This document shows positions 51,698-64,000 of a stretch of DNA of 64,000 bases, one piece after another (position 1 is the first letter of the stretch; the number at the start of each line of letters is the position of its first letter). The translations under genes and the position numbers were made by a program. The stretch is from NCBI GenBank assembly GCA_043228905.1, contig JBHGNT010000008.1, positions 2,480,001 through 2,544,000 of the forward strand, read 5' to 3'. The notes under the pieces are model-generated. The model was not told the DNA's origin, searched no databases, and saw nothing but the letters and a program-made list of their open reading frames with translations. Source of the DNA: Azolla caroliniana. Its lineage: Eukaryota > Plantae > Polypodiophyta.

Positions 51698-54600
51698 TCT
51701 CACACACATACACACACATATCACATAATCTTCCGCTTATTAATTAATCACCTAATTCTTTGCATGGTATTAGAGCGCGTGGTTTAGAAAATCCACTAAG
51801 CCCACCCGACTCCGTGATTGTGTGTTCGAGATGTTGACGACAAAATTCGGTTATTGGCTACCGTAGTGCCGCTACGTAGCACGTGTACGTGATCGAAGGA
51901 AGAAAAGAAAAAGAAGAGAAGACACAATCAACATGAACACACAAATGGGTAGCTCGCTCCCTAGTGAAAAGCTAGATCGGAGCAATTATTCACCTTGGGA
52001 GTACAAGATGACCCAATACCTCGTCAGCCAAGGGTATTGGAGCTACATCAACGACGCTCAAGAAAATCGACCCGACTCAAAGAATTCCGACTACGCAACA
52101 TGGGAGCAAGCGGCGAGTTGAGTCATGTATTGCTTGGCAACATGTGTCCACAACCACATGCTTAGCCACATTCGAGACGCCAAGATGCCTAAAGAAGCAT
52201 GGGTGAACTTAAAGAAAATGTTCGCCGCCATCACAACTGCTCGAAAGCTTCAACTCCGACAAGAGTTGAATAACATTCGACAAAAAGAGATGTCTGTGTC
52301 GGACTACACCGCCAAGATCAAGAGCATTTGAGACTCGCTTGGCTCCATCAAAATAAACGTCGACGAAGACGAGATGGTTCAAGTATGCTTGGGCAGCCTC
52401 ACACAACGATTCGATCCATTACGGACGACAATCTTGGCGAGAGAAAACCCTCATTCATTCTTCAACCTCCAATCAATGCTATTGGTTGAAGAGAACCACA
52501 TCCGAACCAAAAGCAAGACATCGAAAGGACAAATGTTCTTCTCGAATTTGAACAGTGGCTGAGGAGGAGGTCAAGGCGGTAGAAGAGGTCAATTCGACCC
52601 ATCACGCGAAGGGAACTCAAACCTTCACAGAAGCCATCAAGGAACCTTCGGAAGAAGGGGGAGCTTCCACACCGAACATGGTCGGCAAACGAGGCCCGCA
52701 ACTTGCAATTATTGCGGCAAAATCGGCCACTACAAGGCGGAGTGTCGGAAAAAGAGAAGTGAGTCGATTTCAACAAGTCGACACCTCACAAACTACACAT
52801 CGACCTCCGACCACAACAACCGTAGCGGAATGTTCACGAATCACGTGTTGAATTCTGACTACGACGATCGTAGTGAAATGTTTACAAATTATGCCCCAAA
52901 TTCCGACTACGGCGACCGTGGTGGAATGTTCATAATGAGGCATAGAGCGAACTCTATGACAGACTCCAACTCTACAAGCACCTCCAACTCGGAAGACGTG
53001 TGGTTCGTCGACTCTGGCGCCTCACATCACATGACATCTCATGAAGAGTGGTTTCATGACTTGTGTACAACGGACCGACCCGTCTTCATAGAGACGGGAG
53101 ACGACACCACACACCACATTCGGGAAAGAAGGCAAACAAAATTGCATCAAGAATGTCTTGCACGTGCCCACAATAACGAAGAATTTGGTCTCCCTTGGCC
53201 AAATCGTGGAGCAAGGCATGCAAGTCCGCTTCAACAAAGAAGGATGCTTCATCGAGAAAGATGGTCGACTCATAGCGAAGGGGCGGAGAGACAGCCAAAT
53301 GTTTATCCCTGATTCGAACGAGGTGAAATCGGCAATGTACGCCAAAGGTCTCAAAACCGAGAGAAGCATCGACTTGTGGCACAAGAGAATTGGCCACATA
53401 AACCTCCAACGACTATGAGCGATGCAAACCAAGGGAGTCGTCATCGGATTTCTGACATTCGAGTTGAAACGAGTCAACCAAGTATGCGAAGCGTGTCAAC
53501 TCGGCAAACAACATCGACTCCCATTCCCGAACGAGAGCCACGCGAGCAAAGGCCTCCTCGACATCATACACTCGGATGTATGGGGACCGGCTCAAATGCC
53601 GACGATTGGCGGATGCCGATTCTTCGTAACCTTCATCAACGACTACTCGCGCTACGCGTGGATCTACCCGATGAAGAAGAAAAGTGAAGTGCTCTCCCAC
53701 TTCCAAAAGTTCAAGGGCCAAGTCGAGAAAGAAACTGGTTGGCACATTCGATGTCTATGATCGGATGGAGGCAAGGAGTACTTCTCCGACAAATTCACCT
53801 CCTACCTCCAAAGTGAAGGCATTCGGAGAGAATTCTCGTGCCGACACACACCCCAACAAAATGGAGTCGCCGAAAGGAAAAATCGGCAAATACTCGAGGT
53901 AGCACGCGCCATGATGCATGAGAAGCACATGCCAAATTTCTATTGGGCTGAAGCAGCATCCATGGCCGTCTATCTCATGAATCGATGCACCACTAATGGA
54001 GTGCATGAGCTAACTCCATACCAGCTCCTCGTCGGAAGAAAGCTGATCCTATCGTACCTCAAGGTGTTCGGAAGCATTGTGAATGTACGCATCCTGAACG
54101 AACAACGACAAATGCCCGACGCGAAGTCAGAGGAATGTATCCTCATAGGATACTCGTCCGAGAAGAAAGCATACAAGTGCTACAACCCTTCTACCCGAGC
54201 GGTTCAGGTAAGTCGAGACGTAGTCTTCAACGAGTCCACATCCTGGTACACACCAAAGACAACTACGACTCCAACTCCACTCGACCCGGAATCCGCCGAA
54301 CAAGAGGTAGAAGATGCAGATTGCTTCGAACACATGTTCAAAGAAAGTCTGATTACGGCAAAGCCTAGTGGGCCACAAGAGCCCCCACGCAACCCAAGCA
54401 CGTCGCGGCCAAGTATGAATTTGGGGAAAGGCAAAGGAAAGATGCCCAAATACGAAGTCGAGCACCCCGATGATAATGATTCGGATGGATTAGCTCCCTC
54501 ACTAGACAATGAGTTTGGTGTACCCATCATGCGTACACCCGGAGTAAAGAAGGTGCTCACATTGGCAAGCGAAAAACTTTGACGCTCATCTAGAGAGAAG

Positions 54601-55200
54601 AATCTCGTCACTCGGCTCAGCTACAATGAGTATATGACCCATCATTACGCCTTCGCGATGAAGGTAGCGGCCAAACAAGAGCCCAAGAGCTCCACCGAAG
54701 CGGCTCGTAACCCACAATGGGTGGAAGTAGTCAACCTTCACCCACACGCTACAAGCCTTCGTCACCGGCTTGAGGGGGAGGAACTGAGATTGCCACGACG
54801 AAGAAAGCCGAAGGCCAGACGGAAGCACATGAAGCCGACGAAAGACAAAGCGAATGTCGGACGCCTCACACTTGAGCTTGAGGGGGCGTGTTGAGAGATC
54901 AAGCTCAACTTAGTTTAGTTAGTTAGTCAACCATGTAACTTCATAGTTACCTAGATAGAATCTAGTTAGAAGTGTTGACTATAACGCCTTAAATAGGACC
55001 TTGTACTTAAGTGGGATATTCTAGATCCTCCACTCCCAAGTACATTTAATATAGGACTTACACCTTTGTACTTGTATTATCCTCACACATGTGCACCCTT
55101 GCACATGAGATCTATATATACCTCATTGTAGGTATTTTTGTATTTGATGATGATAATGCTAATTTAATATAGTTACTCATCCCCCATCTTGTGTTGTTCA

Positions 55201-55244
<44 letters not shown>

Positions 55245-55825
55245 TCTCACACACATACACGCACATATCACATAATCTTCCACTTATTAATTAATCACCT
55301 AATTCTTTACACGGATGAACAATGAAGAGTCTGACTTCAAAGCCGCAAACCCCATCTTACACAACCTATGTGTGATCTTCAAATTCCAAGCACGGGGAGC
55401 TTGCTTGAGGCCGTAAAGGGACTTTTTGAGTCAGCACACTGCCGACTGAAAATCGGGGGGCTGAGTCATATAGACTCGTTCTTCAAGGTCACCTTGAAGA
55501 AACACATTCTTCATGGCCATTTGATGAAGATGCGACCCCCTTGCCGCAACAACCGCCAACACCACACGAACCGTCGTCGTCTTTGCTACTGGAGCGAAGG
55601 TCTCGTGGTAGTCGATTCCGTGGGTCTATGCGTATCCCTTCGCCACTAATCGGGTCTTGTACCGATTGACCGAACCGTCAACATTAAACTTTACCTTGTA
55701 CACCCACTTGCAACCGATCGGTTTGCAATGCCGGGGAGGGTCAATCAGGTTCCATGTGTCGTTGGCATCGAGTGCCCGCATCTCTTCCTCCATAGCGGCA
55801 CACTAATGTGCACGCCAACATCGAT
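49472..55825 (-). mobile_element. 5'-truncated Copia-2 (RT, RNase H, 3' LTR) interrupted by Copia-3
   Basis: Minus-strand RT (IGCKWVYKVK, LLYVDD, KDLGDLHYFLGI) at 55800-55312 and 51337-50830. RNase H ALSSTEAEY..IYCDN. PPT TTGAGGGGGAG at ~49869-49859. Probable LTR ~49858-49472; LTR limits are approximate. Confidence 0.85.
51338..55311 (+). mobile_element. Copia-3, internally deleted (gag-PR-INT only, lacks RT/RNase H), nested in the Copia-2 RT
   Basis: LTRs 51338-51764 and 54889-55311 (TG..CA; about 6 transitions plus a microsatellite length change). PBS TGGTATTAGAGC. PPT TGAGGGGGCG. Degenerate TSD CGAT/CGGAT. Motifs KLDRSNYSPWEYKM, WFVDSGASHHMT, LWHKRIGH and HSDVWGP. The sequence jumps from AARNPQWVEV (~54730) to the 3' tail. 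Confidence 0.95.
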
Positions 55826-55829
55826 AGAA

Positions 55830-56020
55830 TGCATACCAAGATGCAATATATCACTATGGGTCCATCAGCCTCCTCTCAACCTACCGGGTCGCCAGACGAT
55901 GACTCTATATGGCAAACCCTTACAAACTACCAAATCTCCATGCCCTTGCATAAGCTTCTGCAATTATTTCCACGATTCAAGGACACAGTGGCATCCCTAA
56001 CAACCGGCAAAGAGCCCCCT
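55830..56020 (+). pseudogene. Possible Gypsy gag/protease-linker fragment
   Basis: SIWQTLTNYQISMPLHKLLQLFPRFKDTV resembles the segment preceding the protease in plant Gypsy polyproteins; it is short. Confidence 0.3.
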
Positions 56021-56755
56021 GTCTTGACATGACCACTTGTATCTATTGATTTCAAAAACATTGTGCCATGTAGCGAAGAAGCTAAAACATTAATAATTGG
56101 TTTATTTCTAGTGTCTAACCAACCATCACTAACAATAGTGCATTTGTATGTCTTCCAACTCTCCTTCAACAATATAAGATCATGCTCAACATTTACAACT
56201 TCTCCATTAAGATATTTCTTACGCAATTGATAATTAGAAGGTGCTTTAAATGAAGGACCCACTTTTGCAACAACCATATGCATATCATGGAAAAATGAAC
56301 TTTCCACTTTCCAATGTGCAATATCTTCCACATAAAAAAATATTGTAGCAGCCTCTTCTGCATGTTTCCTCAATGCCAATTCAAAAGACATTGGTAGTAA
56401 ATCACTTGTCTCTATTTTCTACTTTTTAGTTGCCATTTTATTCATCGAAATAGAATTAGAAATAGATGCATCTGCATTTGCATTAACAACAATATTACCA
56501 TTTGCATCTGTTTGTACATCTGAATTCGAGTGATCAGTTCCATGAACCATTCCATTTCTTAATTGACTCTTCACAATATCACTTGCTTTTGTGCATTTTT
56601 GTACACCTTGTCCTCTTATTCCCAATATATGGGCCCTAATTCGATGAGGGCCATCAACAAAGACATGATTGCAATATTTGCATTTCATCAAATGCATTCC
56701 TTTTGCATTCTTTACTTGAATTAGAACATGTTCCCACTCTAAACCCTTTTGTCTA
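56020..56755 (-). pseudogene. hAT transposase fragment (BED zinc finger plus DUF659 region)
   Basis: CKYCNHVFVDGPHRIRAH; FKAPSNYQLRKKYL; CTIVSDGWLDTRNKPIINVLASSLHGTMFLKSIDTSGHVKTG. Disrupted and truncated. Confidence 0.9.
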
Positions 56756-57364
56756 AATTAATGTAAAACGTAAATATCAAAATCTATTTATTGTAATTTT
56801 TGTGCGTATAAATTTTGTACTACATTATAGCTTAGTATGTGTGTATAGAAATTACAAGAATTACTTCAAAATGATAGAAATTACAGAAACTATAGAAAAA
56901 TTACAGAAATTATAGAGCAATTACAAATCAATTACAAAAATTACAAAGAAATGGCAAAGAAATTACAAAAAACTCCTCTCGCATTCAGGTATGTTTAAGG
57001 TTAGTAATAAGGTTTAAAGTTCTTTAAACTTTAGTTCATAGTATAAACTTGCTATGTAGAAATTAATGGCCAGGAGAAGATATGTAGTCATTGACTCACT
57101 AGTGTGGCAGCATTATGCAAGCTCAAGGCTCAAGCAACATATTGTTCAACGCTAGATGGGAGAGGAGAGGAGAGCATAATGCTGATGTGCAGAGGAAAAG
57201 TGGAAAAAAACTAAAGAAAAAACCAAAATAAAAAACACGAATGTTTGAATAATATTTGTGTTCGTTTTCCAACGTATGAAAACAAATGATGTGGCAGACG
57301 AACACGAAATTTACGTACTATGTTATACATCATACTAAAAGAAAAAACTAGGTAACATGATCAT

Positions 57365-57830
57365 ATGTTTTTTCCAAATCTAATTACACTATAATCATTT
57401 CTTGATGTATATGATGAGCATAATTGATAGTCATTTGAGCATTCAATACATTATGCAATATATTTCTACTTGCAATGAAACCATATTGAGATGCATGAAT
57501 AAATTGAGGTAAGAATTTCTTAAGTCGGTTGGATAATGTCTTTGCAAACACTTTGCACAATCCTCTCATCGATGAAATAGGCCTCCATTGATTAAATGAC
57601 TTAAGAGATAGCACCGTTGGTATCAATTTGATTTAGGCCTAACTTCCAACTCTCATGTATGAAAGGAGAATCCCAACATTGTTGAAACATTTGCATGAAT
57701 GGTCTCTTAAGAATGCAATAATATTTTTTAAAGGCTTCATTTGTAATACCATCCCAACCATGACTTTTACCATTTGGAAGTGTAGCAATACATTTTTCAC
57801 CCTAGCTTCTTCAAAATCAACATCCAACTC
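57365..57830 (-). pseudogene. LINE (L1-type) reverse transcriptase fragment
   Basis: WRPISSMRGLCKVFAKTLSNRLKKFLPQFIHASQYGFIASRNILHNVL, the RT domain 1-2 signature. Confidence 0.88.
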
Positions 57831-57859
57831 TTGATATCTTAAGTACCTCTAGCAAAAAT

Positions 57860-58121
57860 GACTCACCTGCCTCCCTCCCTTCGTTGTAGGCCCCAGGAGT
57901 TGGCTCGTACTAGCCAACACTGAAGGGCATCATATTTAGCTATAGGTATCTACTTACATTAAATAGTCAGTCTGAAAGGCTATGTAAGTAGTCTCATTTT
58001 CTTGAACTTGATCGGAGGGAGATTCCCTGATTTGTGTATAAGGCTTAAGCCTCCTTGTACAGTCTCTTTGTAATAATCCGTCCTAACTAATGGGAAAGTA
58101 GCTTCATTTTGGAAAAAAAAA
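57860..58121 (+). mobile_element. Short 5'-truncated LINE 3' end with poly(A)
   Basis: About 200 bp highly similar to 59020-59208, ending AGTAGCTTCATTTTGG(A)n; the 5' boundary is uncertain. Confidence 0.7.
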
Positions 58122-58717
58122 GATACATTCGGTCCAACCTGCTCTATATTTCCTTATATTTCATAAATTAAAATGTAAATCTAAGTTTATCTTTATGCAA
58201 CCATTTCCATACATCCAACTTCAAAACATTTGACACCAATTTGTCCCAAGCCACTTGCTCAAAAGAATCCCATCAATGAGAATCGTGAAGTAGTTTGTGA
58301 TACATCAACACACATGTTAAAAACACCCATAAATAAACCAACACAACCCACTAATAACCTTGGATGCATAGAAGACCACGACTCAATGTGTTGATTAGTA
58401 GTGTTGGTTGCATAAATTCTTGTCAACAATATTTGAACATCAAAGTACTTGACTTCCATCACTAAAAAGTGTCTATATGGATATGCAAACAAAACAAATC
58501 ACAAATGATAATGACTAAACCTAAAATATCCACACAAATGTATCACAAATATTGTTTAATCATGACACTAATGTTCAATTAAATATAAACCATCACATTC
58601 CTTATTAAATAAAATGATCCATAATATATATTTATTGTGAGGAGAAGATCCCCTTCGCACATTCCATGATACCACTTTCATTTAACACCTTTATTAAGAA
58701 TAGGTTCTTTATGAGCA

Positions 58718-59208
58718 GAAAGTGCGTTGCCTAAAGGTCTTCCAGGATCTGGTGCGGCTCCCAGAGGAAGTGATCATGGACATATGGTTTGTGCTTATTA
58801 GCTGCCTACGAGGGCAATTGGAGGAGGTTTGCAACCATTCCTCTGACATGGGCACTGCCCATTTGCGCTTTTGGCAGAAATGGTGGAACACGCCTATGGT
58901 GACACAAGGAGGAAGTGGCCCGAGGTGGAACTACCAACCCCCACGTTGGTTGTTTCCGGCTCACTTACCACCCTCCCTTTGTTGTCAACCCCAATAGTTG
59001 TCTCATACTAACCATCACTGCAGGGCACCGTTTTAGCTATAGGTATTTACACTAAGTAGTTAGTCCGAAAGGCAATGTAACTAGTCTCAATTTCTTGAAC
59101 TTGATCGGAGGGAGATTCTCCGATTTGTGTTTAAGCCTCCTTGTACAGTCTCTTTGTAATAATCCTACCTAACTAATGGGAAAGTAGCTTCATTTTGGGG
59201 AAAAAAAA
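58718..59208 (+). mobile_element. 5'-truncated LINE with poly(A) tail and 16-bp TSD
   Basis: TSD AGGTTCTTTATGAGCA at 58702-58717 and 59209-59224; ORF2 C-terminus-like ...HLRFWQKWW; the 3' UTR ends in A8. Confidence 0.88.
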
Positions 59209-60727
59209 AGGTTCTTTATGAGCAAGTAAATGTAAGTGCTTATTCAAGCACCGAATAAGCATTTCTATGTAGTACATCTCCTTCACCAATCATAGAGTTT
59301 TGTTGTCTAGAGCCTAGCCCCATGAGAATGAAATCCTTGATTAAATTGAGTTTGCACCACCCTTCCTAAAGAATCAAATTGTAACTTGTTAGACAATCTT
59401 TTATTTCACACTTGTTTTTGCCAATGATTTCTCTTAAAGCCCTCGTTCATTCTCAAATTACCTTTTGGTAATGCCTTATAATCTCTCTTTGTCTCTCTCA
59501 TGGTGTGTAGAAAATTAATACTCTCTACAGTACACAATATTCTTTACAAAATAAAATATGAAACTTTTTCTCTCCCTTTTATCCCCTCTAGTGAGGCGAC
59601 CCAACAAATACATTGTTCTCCCTCCACCTTACTTGTAAATGCTCTACTCTTCTCGCATGTCATGTCGTTGTCATACTCTTTTTAAGGTAAGCATCTTAAT
59701 CTCTCTCTTCACATGCTTAACCTAATGTGCTAGGTACGTAAATAGAGAATACATGGGATTATACGTAGACATGATTTACATATGGAGCAAGTTTACAACT
59801 ACAAGACTAGCACAATAGTTCCAAATTTAAACAAATGATTCCTCACATAGATGGATCATAAAAAAGTCAATTGGAACTCAATGTGTTTATTTATATTTTT
59901 GCGTTTTAATTGTGAAGGATACACCTGGCATTGAAGCTTGTCCTATATTTTACCACATGAAGGATTGGCACAATAACTTCCTTAATTGATGAGTTTGTTA
60001 CAATCTATTTTGGTTATACCATAGAGGATTGCTCCTTGTGAGAGAGGGTTCGACGCACAAAATGTCACCGAGGATATGAAAAGAAGCATATTGAACATAG
60101 AGCATCTAGATGATGTTATGTGAGTATAATTGAAGAGCGTAGAAATTAATGATACACAATGGGGTTGTGAAATTTAAGCTTAGAAAAAAAATAAAGGTTG
60201 AAAGGCTAATTGTATGTGAACAAAGATGGAGAAAGTATGTATTTTGGCATTCTAATAATACGTAACATGATAATGTATTTTAAGTATTGTCATGTATTTT
60301 ATAAGTATAAATTTGCTAGGAAAAAGTATCGCATACTTGGTAGGTAAACCACAAAAAACTATCAAATGGGGTCAAACAACATGTAAGTTTTTTAGAAAAT
60401 CACAATGGAATCTTTGCTCGACTAGCAAGGATGGCTATCAATAAACAACATTGCATGCCAATGTGAAGCTTTTATTATATATATATATATATATAGAATC
60501 CTCTTGACGTTGTTACGGTTTTAACCATTGAATATTATAAGTAGCTTATAAATTTAGTGACATGCTATTTGAATATATATACACTCCTATGCATGTCAAA
60601 TGTTCAAGGTTCCCAATTTCCTAATTTATTTATTTATTTATCATTTCCCCCGAGCGTTGCCAATCAAAAGAGAAAGGAATGTAATTGCTTCTGTGAGTGA
60701 GAGCCATGGGAGAGAGACACAAGAATG

Positions 60728-60888
60728 AGTAACTACTCCTTCCATCTCAAAGCTTCTAAGTTGTCAACACTTTTCATGATATTGTCCTATTTTCTCACCC
60801 TCAATGTCTAAGTAACTACCCCTTCCATCTCCAAGCTTCTAAGTTGTCATCATTTTTCATGATATTGTCCTATTTTCTCACCCTCAAT
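60728..60888 (+). repeat. ~83-bp tandem duplication
   Basis: AGTAACTAC..CCTTCCATCTC.AAGCTTCTAAGTTGTCA..TTTTCATGATATTGTCCTATTTTCTCACCCTCAAT occurs twice. Confidence 0.85.
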
Positions 60889-63039
60889 CTTTGACTTTGG
60901 TTATGTCAACCCTTAGTTTGAAAGTTATCACATAAAAATGAAATTCTTGATAGTTATACAATCAAACATCAAATAATTGACCTATGATCTGTTTCTTTAA
61001 TCTACAACTTTGGTTATGTCAACTCTTATTGTATAAGTTATATGTGTACACAAAAAACCTTGATGGTTGAATGATCAAACATCAAATAATGGTTTCTTAT
61101 TAATATTCTACAAGAGTCGATTGAATGCTATTTTCAAAGGTCAAAGTTGCATAGATATGCTCATTATCCATACAATGTTACATTCATATAAGCGTTACAG
61201 AATTATAGTTATAGTCTATGTTCATGTGTGTGTGTGTGTGGGTGTGAAGTTCTTTCATTTTCTAGATTGTTTTGAGGGAAACAAATACACAAATGGTTTT
61301 CATGATCATCACTTGTCAATGAGATTTTGCAAGTATACACGATTGGTACCATAGTATGAACCATACGCGCATCCCTCATTCGAGTATGAAAAACACCCTC
61401 GAAGTATGGTAAATACCATACTTTTGTATTCATTATTTATTATAAGGTAACCATTTTTAAGGTAAGAAAATTAAGGTAAAAAGTGTAAAAAAAACATATG
61501 AATGTTTTAATAATATACGCATTCGTATGGAAAAGAATGTTTGCCAATGCATTCAAGTATATTACGTACTATGATTGGTATGTGTTATTCACTTTGTCAA
61601 TAGTCATAAATGATTATGGATTTGTCAATTGCAATCTTACTATTGTTCATGTGATAACTATTGCTTGGCTTGGTAAAAGATTCACAACATTATCACTAAC
61701 GCGTGTACGGACGAAATAAATTTTTAGTGGTACAATGATGACAAGATTATGTTCTAGTTTGTTTTGATGAAAATAATTATCAAGGTCACACCAATGCATT
61801 TTAGGACTTTGTTTTGATGTAAACAATTATGGCAATAGGTAGTTCTTAATCTGCCAATTGTTATAACTTATAAATGATCGTGCTTGTCTAAATTCAAATT
61901 GTCATGCTAGATATTATTTGTACTTCATGGGTTTTTTTGGGAAAGTGATTGATTCAATATTATATATCTTATATTTCTTAGCAAAAAATATTAAAAGTGT
62001 AATCAACAAGTTTTCTTGCTAGAGAGTTTGGGCATCCTCATGGAGGAGGTGTCCAAATACTCAACATTATTATACTTTTATTCTAGAGATAACAATTTCA
62101 ACAAAGTTATGGCCGTGATGGAATGTTACCAGCACCAATGCCAACCTAGATTGAGTCCAAACAATGAATTTATTCCATGTGAGTGAGTACAATAAATAAC
62201 ATTAATGGATATGCATGCAAGCATGTTTCCAATTGTAAAAGTGCCCTACCAAAGTCCTAGAGCCAACATCATCGATATTCATTGGTGAAATGTGCTTGAT
62301 AGAAGGCGAAGTTGAATGCATAGAAGACAATGCCACAAACATGAAGATGAATGCATAACTTTGAGAAAGTTATATCACTTTTGTAATCTTTCACTTCAAA
62401 CTATGTTGTGAGTCGTGACCTCTTTCACTTTGTGGAACTTTTTAAGTCTTACCCTCCCCCACTGAGCACTTGGTGTGCACGAAGCAATGGGAGGCACTTC
62501 GAGGGTGGGTGTTCCATGATGGACACTAACTTTGTGAAGCATATATCATCATACATGTTTTGTTAATAATCATTTTCATATTATTATGATTGCCTTAAGA
62601 ACAAGCTAAAGTGTTTTTCTACCCTTGAACCATGGATATTAAATTCATATTTTGGGTTGATGACAACCACAAATTTCTTAAAATATTAAACCCTACACTA
62701 AACCCACTTGGTAAGACAACCCATACCCTTACACTTTATTGCAAAGCACAACCTTCACATCCAAAGCAACCAGACTGTCAATTTGGAATTTTATCAGTTT
62801 CTCAAGATTCGCTTGTTCATAAAAACATGACGACATGTTACATCAAAATGGTGGGGACTCCTAAAACTCCCCTATATGATGCATAAGACAAGACTTTCAA
62901 ATTGTGCCTCATGGCTTTTTTCCACACACAAGATGCACGTGCATTATTTGTATAGTGGGTCGGCAAGTGTATCAACTTTCTCACGGATTTCAACGAAGTG
63001 AGTTGTTAGTCAACAAAATGAAGTAGTGTACACATGTCC

Positions 63040-63370
63040 AAAGCGGTTCGAGTAACCCACTTTCATAATAGTGACATAATTGCCCCAAATGTTCGAGTAA
63101 CCTATTTCTATTAGTGGAATAAAGTGCTCTGAAGTTGGAATAACCTACGCCAATTAGTGGGTTCTAGTGCTTGGAAGCAATAATAACTTATATGAACTAT
63201 TTAGTGGTTTCACGTGCTCGGAGGTCGGAGTAAACTACTTACTTTTACTGGTGGTTTCAAGTGCTTGGAGGTGAGAGTAAACTACTTACTTTTACTAGTG
63301 GTTTCAAGTGGTCTGAAGTCATGGTAAACTACACTTCTATAGGTGGTTTCAAGTGCACGAAAGTTCATGG
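63040..63370 (+). repeat. Degenerate ~47-bp minisatellite
   Basis: GAGTAA(A/C)CTAC...TAGTGGTTTCAAGTGCT(T/C)GGAGGT units, about 7 copies. Confidence 0.7.
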
Positions 63371-63802
63371 TAAAGAGGCTCGTTGCACAAACAAAGTGAT
63401 TAAGGTCTCGGATCCCAGAGTAAACCTTCTTCACCTTGTGGCTCTAAAGCAGGTCGAATCGTGGATGAGGGTAAAACCCTAATTCCATCAACCACTCATG
63501 CGGAGTGCTTGAACTTGAACCAAGCTCAATATGAGATAATGCATTTTGGGTTCAAAACCTTGACATAAACCCCACCTTGCCAATTATGGCACAAACATTT
63601 GAAGGAAGGCCTCCTATTTATCTACTCCTGAGGAAAATCTACAAAATAATAGTGAATTCTCATCATTTTTAGCAGAATCAAAAAACAAAAATAAATAAAT
63701 AAAATAAAAAAAATAAAATAAAAAAATCCAGAGCTGTCTATATTGACAATGTCAAAGATTAGTTAAAATTTAATAATAAATAGAAAGAAAATGGAATTTC
63801 AA

Positions 63803-63805
63803 AAA

Positions 63806-63876
<71 letters not shown>
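63803..63876 (+). repeat. (AAAT)n microsatellite
   Basis: About 18 perfect AAAT units. Confidence 0.95.
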
Positions 63877-64000
63877 ACAAACATAATAGTAAAATTGCAT
63901 AGTTATCCTTTTCTTTTGGTACAGAGAAAGACAGGGGAAGGATAGAAAGACAGAAAAAACAGAGGATTCTTTTCTCCTTCTCCTTCTTCTTCTCCTTCTT

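Overview
Eukaryotic land-plant genomic DNA with spliceosomal introns, (AG)n/(CATA)n microsatellites and nested LTR retrotransposons. An intact flagellar central-pair gene suggests a lineage with flagellated sperm, fern-like by inference. The left 38 kb holds four intron-containing genes: the 3' part of PF20/SPAG16 (+), ribophorin II (+), a GDSL esterase/lipase (+) and RIF1 (-). The right 25 kb is a transposon graveyard: a full-length decayed Copia with a nested non-coding LTR element and an inverted sibling LTR, a second Copia pair, and hAT and LINE fragments. The most notable signal is a minimal type-I hammerhead ribozyme (6455-6515) with a palindromic, dimer-type stem III. It lies inside a ~1.2 kb non-coding segment bounded by diverged ~50-bp inverted termini that also carries a TATA box and a telomere-like tract. 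Also notable: nine copies of a structured ~60-nt module inside the nested LTR element; a GDSL intron built from tandem copies of itself, creating three 17-nt pseudo-microexons that together keep frame; and a ~700-bp LTR inverted repeat. All identifications come from reading the sequence by eye; no database searches were run.
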